A stretch of 64,000 nucleotides of DNA from Dipteris shenzhenensis (lineage: Eukaryota): assembly GCA_047967505.1 (NCBI GenBank), contig CM106538.1; one strand, written 5' to 3'. The position numbers were made by a program, and so were the translations under genes. The stretch's first letter is position 1, and every line of letters starts with the position of its first letter. Of the stretch, positions 12,109 to 23,240 are shown in pieces. Below the pieces are notes generated by a model. That model saw nothing but the letters and a program-made list of their open reading frames with translations, was not told the DNA's origin and did not search any database.

Positions 12109-12800
12109 CCAGGAATCATCAAGGAAATGTATTGGGTTCTTCTCATATTCATTTTTTGCAATTCGATGACAACAAATGTCATTATTTCGTGTCACTTTTG
12201 TTTGTTCTGTCTAAAATTTGACTTTGAGTTCCCTTACTTCAAAGCTCAACACATCATTACGGGATTTTCATTTGCAAAGATTGAAAGACAACTTTCTTCC
12301 ATATTGCTCATCATTTTCAAGAAAACCTATTAAGTGGTGAGTTTAAATTCCTAGGGTGTATTTTCAGCACTCTTGAAGCTCTTGGAATAGAAATTTCATC
12401 CTCATGTAATGATGCCACTACCATGGTTTGTATGCTTCGCTTCACAAATAGTTCTTTGTCTAATTTGGGATTCTGCAGTTCTTGTAAGGATCTCTTTAAT
12501 GCTGATAGAACTGTGAAATTATCAACGTGTTTGTCACCAAGACATTTCAGAATGCATTCATCATTCATCATCACTGATTGAATGATTTTTGACCTGTCTC
12601 TCCTACCAAAAGCAAGTGACAACTGCAAAATTCTATTGATATTTTGCCTGTAGTCTCTTTCTTCTTTGCTTCAACGTCCATTGAAAGGTCATTGGTTTGT
12701 GCTGCTAGTTTTCTTTTCCTTCACTCTCGTCTCCTGCTAGCTTCATATTTTTGTATAATCCGTGATTCTCGCAAGATATCTTCAACAACTTGTCTTTGAT
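12109..12800 (-). pseudogene. Sola-like transposase, element A, upstream exon
   Basis: KELFVKRSIQTMV...ASRVLKIHPRNL and EKNPIHFLDDSW|GTAAG (donor at 12108); homologous to 59841-60180 (KELFLKR..ASRLLGVHHRNF..KHPEHFLEQPQ|GT). The upstream limit is approximate. Confidence 0.7.
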
Positions 12801-15328
12801 TGTTTGCAATGAACAGTATATGTTAGAACATTGCCAGGTTCCATAAGCCGTGTGAGTTACAGATGCGTAGGCAAGAATAGATGTAGAAGACTAGGAGAGA
12901 GGGGAAGATACCATAAAATCTTCCACATTACATATTAGAAACTATGCATACCTCATCAATGAGGCCATGGTTGCAAGGAATATTGACAGGTGGTTCCATA
13001 TTGTGCTTGGGCAGAGAAGAGGATGTGCAGACAAGAAGTGTAGAAGACTATGGCGACATTCAGAGAGACAACAAGAGAGATAAGATGTAAGATTGTAGCA
13101 TATTCAAATTGTGAGACAAACAAAAGCACCGCAGGAGAACTGAGAAAAGATTGGGTTGGTCCCATTGACACGGTTTGCAGTTACAGTAGATGCCCACGTT
13201 CTTGTTGCATGTAATAGAACTTCTTTTTTAACAAATCCTTTGCTTTTGTGCTTTCATAACTTGTGTCCAAGACACAACTATTTTGGACACCTTACCTTAC
13301 TTCGACCCCATGTCGAGCACTCAAAACACCCCTCATGAGTTGAGAGTATAGACTCCAAACCAACCCACAGCCACACCACCTATAATTATTCCTGTGGAGT
13401 TGAGACAGCCCCGCAAGCGGCAGAGCTGCTAGCTCGCTGCTAGCCTTCTCCCCGATCATCAGGAGTTCCTTCTCCCCTGCGGTCAAGAGTCCCTTCTCCC
13501 TTGTGGTCTGGAGTTCGTTCTCCTAAATGGTCAAGAGGCCCTTCTAGAACGCAGAGCCACCAGCATACTCCCATGCAGTCAAGAGCTCCTTCTCTAGAGA
13601 CGAGTGCCCATTGTAGTCGCTGGTTCACGACATGGCAATAGGCATAGTGGTAGGGAGAACTCTAGCACATGATGCATGGCACAGTGCTTTGCAGCAGGTA
13701 GCACTGGGGGTGGGGAGGATTTAGATGCAAACGTGCCAGAGGGTGATGGTACGATCTTCTATGATATCACTAAGACAGGCGGCACCTTGATGGATGTACG
13801 GGGGAAGTACATCATGGCCTTCATGTGCTCTATAGTTCATAACAACTACAAGTTTGCTTTATTCAATTTAAAGAGCAGAAAAAAAGTTAGGTTGATGATA
13901 CCATCAATGCTATACACTCCAGGTATCCCAATCCATCCACTGTGGAGTTCACTAACAAATGGGCAAAGTCAAAGATTACCATTATCCTTGCCAATAACAG
14001 ATCTTTGCTTAAGAGGCAAGCACTATTGGCATTCAATTTCCTTGTGCAATGTTTTATCAATGAATTCTGTGTGATGTAAACGTTTTGGAGTTAAATGTTT
14101 TATTCGAAATTGTAGTCGTCAGCTATAGATGTGCGTGGAATTGTGCAAATTAAAATGTGGTTAGCTATAAGAATTGCATTGCACATTGTAAAAATGGGAT
14201 TCCTGCAATTACACAGCATTTTGCTCAAACACGCAACATTCTTTTTTTTTTCAATCTACAGAGCATCTAATACCATATCTATGGGCGTGTCTCTCTATAA
14301 TATAGACATGCTTATAGATCCCAATCTATAGACATGCTAATAGACATGCAAATAGATGGTTCCATCACTTTTTTTTTAATTCAGTAAATGCGTCTGTACA
14401 TGCATTTATGGATACATTATGTTGTTGTGCATGCTAACATGAATTTTTAGAGATAATTATAGCATGGACCCTAAAAGCAATAGCATGGCTCATACAAGTG
14501 ATCGAGATGCATGCAAAATATAGGTAAGTTGTAATTGGTCCAAGAAACCCTATCGAAGGAGGATAGGCTATAAAAGATGAAATAGAAAAACATATAACAA
14601 CAATCATGATTCAATGAGCCAAGATGATCTAGATCAGCGATTGTGTCATCACACATCTTGAGCTGGTTGGGAAGGTCGTTGTCGAGATGAATCCATCCGA
14701 CCAAAGCGAGCTATCATCCGAACAATAAATGGCTCTATTGACATCTATATATAATATATATGAATATATGATACTAGACCAAGGCAAGGTGAATCGAACC
14801 AAAGCAAGCCATCAGCCAGCTTTGATCATGATACTACCTACTAGAACATCACTCGAGGCGAGATGAATCCAATGGCCAAAGCGAGTCATCATCTGGCCTC
14901 TCTCGCTTGCCCTCTCTCTCTCTTTTCCTCTCTCAGCTGGGGTGAGGTGATTTTGGCTGGCTGAAGCAAGCCATCACCTGGCCCTGACTGATTAAAAAAA
15001 CAAGGCTAGAAGCTCACCAGAGTGGGACAGTGGGAAATTGCTAAAAACTATAAGAAATTATAGGATACAGTGGGAAATTATGGAAAGAGTGATTAAAAAG
15101 GACAGGATCTCTGACTTTTATAGACCTCGACTAAACACACCGGCCGGTATGATGCTACACCAATCTGCATTTGCCAAATATTGGAAATCTTTAGTTCAAG
15201 AAATTAATAATAAAGTGATGTGGATGGAAAGAAAGATGAAAATAAGGTTACCTTAATTTTATGGGGCTACCTTTTACATTGTTTTTCAAATGCAACGTAA
15301 TTATGGAGGAGTTTACTCTCCTTTTAAC

Positions 15329-15330
<2 letters not shown>

Positions 15331-15363
<33 letters not shown>
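15331..15363. repeat. (CT)n microsatellite
   Basis: Read directly. Confidence 0.95.
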
Positions 15364-15366
<3 letters not shown>

Positions 15367-15831
15367 ATTTAATTTTCACAAGGTAAGACCCATTTTTGGC
15401 TATGCATATGTAAGGAAGAAAGCTACAAACTCTAAGTAGTGTAGACAAACAAGAACTATGGGAGAATGAAGGAAAGACTTCACACTAATTATTGCTAAAT
15501 ATTGTACAAAACTTTATTAATAATTTGAGCATACCTAGACTCCTAAGCATCCACTCTAAGATAAGCGTTTGAAATTCATTACCCTCCCAGCTCGTACGCT
15601 GCACCATGTATTAGTGTGAACGTCTAGACACCCTTGAGAAGATTTAACCAATATTCAATTGGGCTCGATTGATCATGATAAAAATGCGCTTAGTGAACCG
15701 GTGTACATGATTTCGGATGGGAAAGTGTCTGTTATTTATGGAGAACGTATTGAGCCAAAAGACGAATGGCCAATACATAGGGCGAAACTGAGTTCTCAAA
15801 GAATAATGGTTAGTATTAGGGGCTGAAAGCT

Positions 15832-16964
15832 TCAGGGAGAAGCTGTGGGTGCTGATGCCCAGTAGTCGATGGTGTTTGCAGATGTTGAAGCGATTATCAC
15901 TTCACCCATAGCTCTGCGCTTCTCAATTGCAGCTTGAGAATCACACATTTCTGGTAAGTTGGCGCCTGCATGCAACACATTCCGTCCTCGCCGCTTAGAT
16001 TGTGTGTCCATCTACCAGGTAGGCTCTTTGCAAACTGATATCGCAATTATCTACCATCTACAAATTAATGACGGTACTCTCCATTCACGTCTTTAGACTA
16101 AAAAATAAACACACTTTGCCAGAATCAATTATTCATCCTCATCCTCTACGTGGTAATGGGGAATGCGGGACGCCGTATCCCGCGCAGCTCTGTGTTGCTA
16201 CTGATATTCAAACGAAGACTGTTTCTTTTACCTTCTCCTATTGCCAGTTGGGTGTACAGCTCGAAAATGTTAGGACAATTGTTTCTGCATGAGCTAGAGC
16301 AGAGCGTTTGCGTGATCTCCCTTTCTATCAGTGCATCAGTGGAAATGCCGACAGACATTCTTTCCAATCCGCAAGCACTTACGCAAGCATCTGTCTCGAT
16401 CCAATTTGCAAATTTTGTATCCGTCATCACCATGGATGTCTGCAGAGACTCAGATTGATTAGTTTGGCCGTGCTGTCCGTAATCACTGCAACGGAACTGC
16501 TTGAGTTGAACTCTAATTAGTATATAGGAAAGATTACTAAGTCATTATTCAGCTATCACATCTATCCTATGTCAATCGAAGGTTTACTAATCCTATGCTG
16601 GCAGAAGACTTATTGGTGAGCAAATTCGATCAACAGCTATAAAAGAGTGGAATCTTTTACGCGTTCACGGGCGTTCACGTTACCTGGCAGTCATAATCCA
16701 CGCTCCCGTCTGTCATCGGGATTTTCTCAAGTACGCAACGTGCACCAGACGAGGCCACGGCAAAGGCACATAGCTTTGGCTGCAAGTCCTCACACTCCAT
16801 AAATGCTGTTCCAATCGATCACAACAATGGTTATATGTACGGATGGTTCTTGGATACGAAAACAGCATAAAGCTAGGAGTAGGAGGAAAATGCTTACCCA
16901 GTACTACGGAAAGGGTCGCGCAAAGCATAGCCAGGACCACCAAAAGGTTTCTATAGCAGGCCAT
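15832..16964 (-). CDS. PAR1: PAR1 (photoassimilate-responsive protein 1) family secreted Cys-rich protein, 176 aa, 4 exons: 16964-16898, 16805-16684, 16439-16232, 15965-15832
   Basis: All introns are GT-AG and the phases are consistent (67+122+208+134=531 nt). Protein: hydrophobic signal [23 protein letters not shown], then [86 protein letters not shown], the PAR1 family pattern; TGA at 15834-15832. Confidence 0.93.
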
Positions 16965-17102
16965 GCTTGCGGGCAAGCTTGAACTGCAAGAGCATATTTG
17001 GCAATGTTAGAATGAATGGGCTTTCAAACTGCAAGAGCATATTTGGCAATGTTAGAATGAATACGCTGAAAGCCCTGCGCTTAAGACCCACGTACAATTG
17101 GC

Positions 17103-17105
<3 letters not shown>

Positions 17106-17145
<40 letters not shown>

Positions 17146-17161
17146 CCAAACACACACACAC
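17106..17161. repeat. Compound (CT)n(CA)n microsatellite upstream of PAR1
   Basis: Read directly; reads as a GA-repeat on the PAR1 sense strand. Confidence 0.9.
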
Positions 17162-17874
17162 TTGCAGTATGCAAATATCGGTATGCAATACCCAAACAAG
17201 ACGATCTGAGCAGCTTTCGGTGGACGAAGAGTAAACTTCACGCTGCCTGAGGAAAACGAGAGACCGAATGGTGAGATGAAGCCTAGCCGCGTGCACTGAA
17301 CGTGCAAGGGTGCTAGCTGCGCAAGGGCAAGGCAGTGCAAGGGCGTGTGCGATTTATGAGAAAGCGAGGACTTACGATGGGGCGTGACTCGGGAGGGTTG
17401 TGCTGGGCTGGAGGTGAGTAGTCCGTAGTAGCCACTTCGTGCCCAGGCTTGACTGGCATCACGCGTGTGGGATCCATGCATGCATGCATCTATCACCCTA
17501 TTGAATAGTCAACAGATCATTGAAGGTCAAGGCATCATTTTGCCATTTCAATCACGTCACTATATTTTGGAGCGTCTTGCCATGTTAACCTGGATTGTCT
17601 AATGACAAGTCCCACACCACTTTCCTAATTAACACACATTTCATTAAGTTTGGACTCCAATGTCTATATTTGGACTAATCCTAAAAATCATTCCAAAATG
17701 GAAAGTTTATTTTATGAAAATATCATTTGAGAATCAAAACTTTACTTTCTCTGGTAAAGTCATTTTCCACATAAATATATCTCTATAATGTTGCACTAAT
17801 AATGCAAAAACTACTATTGAATCCTAGTTTTATATTTTTTATTTTTTAAGAATCCTATTTATATTTTTGAAAAT

Positions 17875-18269
17875 TCTATGGAATCCATCATGTCGACCAT
17901 ACCCTCGTCGTCATCTGGAAGACTATAGTCTTGTTAAAAGTGAGAAGGTATATGTGTACCCTCGTCACCCTCCTCATCCTGTTTTAAGATTTCGTGTAAA
18001 TATAAGATCTTCTATTTCTTGGTATACAATAAGATTATACAATAAGATTGCGAACTTAAATAGCTTTGACTTACCGATGATCCATCAACATGTGCAACAC
18101 CAACGGGGGGTACTGGTTCCGGCTCCTCCCCATACATCGGCAAGTGGCGCATGATAATATGACGTTGATGTCGTACTTCTCGCTTGCAATGAGTGCAATG
18201 ATAGTATAACCTCTCCGTAAGCCACTTCATGCTCCCGGGTGTTGGCGCATCATCGGACGACCCTTCCAT
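17875..18269 (-). pseudogene. 5' fragment of CACTA transposase (transposase-associated C-C-H domain), truncated
   Basis: MEGSSDD..LYYHCTHCKREVRHQRHIIMRHLPMYG fits the CxxC...HL..G transposase-associated pattern; GT donor at 18074, then short acidic exons. Confidence 0.6.
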
Positions 18270-19184
18270 CTCTACACTTATAAAATCACAACATAAGCAT
18301 GAAGAGGAGATATTGACAATTATAAAATAGCATGTTTGAGCTTCTCTTGAGGCCATATTAAAAAAGTGACAGTAAGTGTCGCTATATAGCGATGTTTTTA
18401 ATTAAAAATGTCGCTATATAGCGACGAATAAGCGTTGCTATTTAGTGACGCTATGGGTTAGAACCTGAAACTCTAATCACGTGGTGTTTTCTTCAAACTA
18501 TTCCCTAATCTCTCAAGTAAGCAACCCAAAATCTCCTCCCACCTATTTTCGACGACCTCCCACCTATTCCAGGCAACCTCCCACTCTATTTTCCACTCCT
18601 CACCCTTCTCCTACCTCTTGTACTCCCTCTCTATCCTTTTCCCTCTTTGGTTTCTTGAAAGAAAGTTCTTCAAGAGGTGAGTTTGTTTCAACAATGTAGG
18701 TTGTTTGTTTGTTAGCTTTAGTTTTGTGAGTGTTTCGTCTTGTATTGCTAAACCTGTAAACTAGTTTTCATGCTTGTTTTGAAAGGATTGAAACAAAAAA
18801 CGAGATTTCAAGAAAGAAAGAAAACTCACCTCTTTTTTCTGTATTTCTCTTCCTTCTCTTTCTCCTTGTCTCCTCAATCTCCTCCTTTCCTTGTCTCCTC
18901 AATCTCCTCCCTTCAAGAAGTTGCTTTTGTAATCTCCTCCTTCCACTAACATCTTATTTGAAAAAATGGGTTGTTTTCTCTCTTTTGTAGGGCCAGTCCA
19001 CTACACCGAGTGGGACATACTTTTTCAGGTAAGTGCTTCCTCTTTTTTCTATTTATTATTTTTGTTATTTGCATTGGCCTGCAGCTAGCGCTAGCTGCAG
19101 TGATGGGTGTAGGAACCCTCTCTTCCCCTCCCACTCTTTCCTTCTTCCCCCTTCTCTTATTCTCCTTTTTCCCCCTTCTCTTTT

Positions 19185-21010
19185 TTCCGCATAAGCTCCT
19201 TCTTTTTTTCCGCATGAGCATAAGCATGAGCTCCTTCTCTTTTTCTGCATAAGCTCCTTCTTTTTTTCCGCATAAGCTCCTTCTTTTTTTCCGCATGAGC
19301 TTATGCTTATGCTTATGCTTATGCATAAGCATAAGCATACGCTCATGCTTATGCTCATGCTTATGCTCATGCATGAGCATGAGCTTATGCTTAAGTTTCC
19401 GCATAAGCTTATGCTTATGCATGAGCTTATGCGGAAATAGAGAATGAGAGAAGCTTATGCTTCTCTCATTCTCTATTTCCGCATAAGCTCCTTCTCTTTT
19501 TCTGCATAAGCTCCTTCTCTTTTTCCGCATGAGCATGAGCTTATGCTTACGCATAAGCTTATGCTTATGCTTATGCATGAGCTTATGCGAAAATAGAGAA
19601 TGAGAGAAGCATAAGCTCCTTCTCTTTTTCTGCATAAGCTCCTTCTCTTTTTCCGCATGAGCATAAGCATGAGCTTATGCTCATGCATGAGCATGAGCTT
19701 ATGCTTGAGTTTCCGCATAAGCTTATGCTTATGCATGAGCTTATGCGGAAATAGAGAATGAGAGAAGCTTATGCTTCTCTCATTCTCTATTTCTACATAA
19801 GCTCCTTCTCTTTTTCCGCATAAGCTCCTTCTCTTTTTCTGCATGAGCATAAGCATGAGCTTATGCTTATGCTTATGCATCATGCTTATGCTCATGCTTA
19901 TGCGTGAGCTTATGCGGAAATAAAGAATGAGAGAAGCTTATGCTTCTCTCATTCTCTATTTCCGCATAAGCTCCTTCTCTTTTTCCGCATGAGCATAAGC
20001 TCATGCTTATGCTCATGCATGAGCATGAGCTTATGCATAAGTTTCCCCCTTCTCTCTTTCCCCCTTCTCTATTTCCCCCTTCTCTCATTCGCATAAGCTC
20101 ATGCTCATGCGGAAATAGAGAATGAGAGAAGCATATGCTCATGCTTATGCTTCTCTCATTCTCTATTTCCGCATAAGCTCCTTCTCTTTTTCCGCATGAG
20201 CATAAGCTTATGCTTATGCTCGTGCATGAGCATGAGCTTATGCTTAAGTTTCCGCATAAGCTCATGCTTATGCATGAGCTTATGCGGAAATAGAGAATGA
20301 GAGAAGCTTATGCGCAAACTCATTCTCTATTTCCGCATAAGCTCCTTCTCTTTTTCCGCATGAGCTTATGCTTAAGTTTCCGCATAAGCTCATGCTTATG
20401 CATGAGCTTATGCGAAAATAGAGAATGAGAGAAGCTTATGTGGAAACTCATTCTCTATTTCCACATAAGCTCCTTCTCTTTTTTCGCATGAGCTTATGCT
20501 TATGCTTATGCTTAAGCATAAGCATAAGCTTATGCTTATGCTCATGCATGAGCATGAGCTTATGCTTAAGTTTCCACATAAGCTCATGCTTATGCATGAG
20601 CTTATGCGGAAATAGAGAATGAGAGAAGCTTATGCGGAAACTCATTCTCTATTTCTGCATAAGCTCCTTCTCTTTTTCCGCATGAGCATATGCATAAGCA
20701 TGAGCTTATGCTTAAGTTTTCGCATAAGCTCATTCTCTATTTCCCACTCTATTTCCCCCTTGTCTCATTTCCCCCTTCTCTCCTTCTCTATTTTCGCATA
20801 AGCTCATGCTTATGCTTATGCGGAAATAGAGAAGGAGAGAAGCATAATAGAGAATGAGAGAAGCATAAGCATAAGCTTATGCTTCTCTCCTTCTCTATCT
20901 CTGCATAAGCTCATTCTCTATTTCCGCATAAGCTTATGCTTATGCTCATTCTCTATTTCCGCATAAGCTCATTCTCTATTTCCGCATAAGCTTATGCTTA
21001 TGCTTCTCTC
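19185..21010. repeat. Complex palindromic tandem repeat (GCATAA/GCATGA and TTATGC hexamers plus recurring ~68-bp hairpins) in a CACTA intron
   Basis: 19423-19490 is a perfect 32-bp-arm inverted repeat with loop TTAT; variants recur through 21010; flanked by a donor at 19029 and an acceptor at 21207. Confidence 0.9.
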
Positions 21011-21207
21011 ATTCCCCCTCATCTCTTTCCCCTTCTCTATTTCCCCCTTCTCTCATTCTCTATTTCCTCATTCTCATTCTTTTCTTTCCTTTCCATCTTC
21101 TTTTCCTCTTTCCTTTCCCTCTTCTTTCTTCTTGCCTATGCCTATGCCTATGAGAATGCTTATGTTTGTTTTTTTGTTTTCTGTTTTCGTGTTTGTGTCT
21201 ATGTTAG

Positions 21208-22702
21208 ACGTGGGATCACGTCGCTCATCCGACGAGTACGGACAGCCTCGCAGGAGGAGAGCTCATGATCTATATGCTCCAAAGGACTTTGATTCCTCTC
21301 AGGTGACTACCCCGAGGACTACCCCTGGTCCGACTCCTCTCGGACCTAGCACTACGACTACCCTTGGTCTGACCCCTCTTCCACGTAGCACTACGACTAC
21401 CTCTCAGGGAACTCCTTTACTAGCCGTGCATGGCTTTGTCGGGAGTCCCGACGAGTTTGTAGCATAGATGAGGGATGAGGAGGCAGCGAGATTCTTCTCT
21501 CTGCTCTCTCAGAGGACCTCCGCAATTCCTTCCCCTACACCGATGGGTGGACGTACTGCCCAGCCATCCCCTCGGGCCCCTTCGACCGCGGGATCATCAC
21601 CTGCGCATGCCTCTCGCAAGGGAAGGAAGAGTAGGACGGGCGGCTCATGTTGTGCTAACTCGGGAGATGTAGACGAGTCAGCACACTCACGCTCCTTTAG
21701 GTCTCCACTTGGTCCGGAGACACAGTATCAGTCAGGTCCCTTTCCCTCTCCTACTCCCACTGCTACTCCTCGCTCTGGAAGCGCTCACGCAGATTCCACT
21801 CCTTCAGACTCTGCTACCGTCAGTCCCCCTTACTCATCAAGGGATCTCTCCTATCAAATCACATCTGCCGGAGAGATAATAGAAGATAAAAAGGGCAAAG
21901 CAGTGATGGCCGCCATGAGGAGGTTGATGAGTCATCACTTCAAGAGCAGCATAAATACCGATTGGCGGTATCAAGATGCCCAAAAGAAGCAGGCGGTGAT
22001 CGATGAGTTAAAACAAAGATACCCTAATCCGCCAAATGTGGAGTTTAATGACGATTATATGCAAGAGCGCATGGGTTTGGTCCTAAAGCATCGTAGATCA
22101 ACCTTGCGTACTCCCATTACAAAGGGGTTGGCTAAACCCAGCTGGGCAGACAAAGCTGATTGGAAGTACTTCAAGAAGCATGTTCGAGGGTCAGAGGAGG
22201 GCTGCGAAGAGACGGCTAGACGTCATAGGTACTTCGCACTTGGTGCAGGCGGATGGTATGCATTCGAGGCAACTGTGGTAAGTCTACTTCTTCCCATTTA
22301 ATGTATTGTTCTATTTGTTTTACTTACATATTACATGCACTTTAGCTAACTCTAACTCTCGTAAATGTACAAATGCAGAGACGCGGCACGCATTTTGGAT
22401 AGGAACAAAGCCGTGGTTCATTGAGCAAGAGGCAATGGAAGCGATAGTCGATTGGGCTGAGGTGGCTACTCGCACGGTATAAGTTTACTCCTACTTGTAA
22501 TCTCACTTTTTAATTTAAGTTCCAATCTAATTTTCGATTTATATGGTTTACTCTTAGGGTCAAAGCTCAAGCGTCCCATCATCGGAGGTGAGCGATCAAC
22601 AGGGGCAAGGATCGGATGTAGGTGGTGAGGACGAGGGAGAAGACGTAGGTGTTGAGGACCAAGGAACAGGCCAACAAGACGAAGATGATTCGGATTCGGA
22701 TG
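21208..22702 (+). pseudogene. CACTA second gene (TnpA/Ptta-En-Spm-like), spliced, with an in-frame stop at 21465
   Basis: S/P/T-rich N-terminus, then WRYQDAQKKQAVIDELKQRY..KPSWADKADWKYF..FALGAGGWYAF; donors at 22278 and ~22477, acceptors at ~22378 and ~22557. Confidence 0.7.
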
Positions 22703-22989
22703 AGTAGTGGTAGTAGCAATTTGTATATCTGCTCGTTTGAGCAATTTTGTATCACCCTTTCGACAGGGTAATTTTGTTACAAACACTGTTGTATATGTCC
22801 GACATGTATATGCATTTGTTACTCATCATTTCACAAGAACAATTTTGTATCACCCTGCAAGCAAGGGAAATTTTGTTATAAAAAACTTTCTTTTGTAATT
22901 ACAAAAAAAAAAAAGGATTAGTGGGGCTAAACAGGGCCAAAAGGAAGCCCTATTTAGCCCCACTAACCCTTTTTTTTTACTTCTATTAA

Positions 22990-23165
22990 TCGTCGCTATA
23001 TAGCGACGTTTACCAGTGTCGCTATATAGCGACGATTAACAGTGTCGCTATATAGCGACGTTTGCATCGTCGCTATATAGCGATGTTTGCCAGTGTCGCT
23101 ATATAGCAATGCTTTATAGCGACAGTCCTTTTCCGACGCTTTTAGCGACTTTTATAGCGACGTTT
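22990..23165. repeat. CACTA subterminal repeats (GTCGCTATATAGCGAC palindromes)
   Basis: At least five copies directly before the TAGTG terminus; an imperfect hairpin lies at ~22906-22978. Confidence 0.85.
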
Positions 23166-23240
23166 GCGCCCGTGAAAAAAAAAAATTTAATGTAAAAAGC
23201 GTCGGTATTTCCATCGAAAAATGGCCTATGCCTTGTAGTG

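Larger units (their letters stand above)
17870..23240. mobile_element. CACTA/En-Spm DNA transposon, right end intact, left part deleted
   Basis: Ends CCTTGTAGTG at 23240 (reverse complement CACTACAAGG). Subterminal GTCGCTATATAGCGAC palindromes lie at 22990-23165 and 18376-18450. A TnpA-like gene is on + and the transposase start is on -. The copia gag continues at 23241. The left limit is approximate. Confidence 0.85.

Noticed and set aside
13290-14074. ORF 13676-14074 and the GEGTPD repeat ORF as host genes
   Set aside because: No recognisable domain; probably decayed upstream sequence of element A.
14560-14986. Possible hAT-like end (reverse complement CAGGGCCAGGTGATGG) with repeated GATGAATCC/CCAAAGCGAG motifs
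   Set aside because: No partner TIR or 8-bp TSD found; too weak to call.
17794-17798. CACTA pentamer as the left terminus of the CACTA element
   Set aside because: The following bases (ATAATG) do not match the right TIR (CACTACAAGG), and there are no adjacent subterminal repeats or TSD.
18946-20801. H/K/L/M-rich ORFs
   Set aside because: They arise from hexamer repeats lacking stops; no domain signal.
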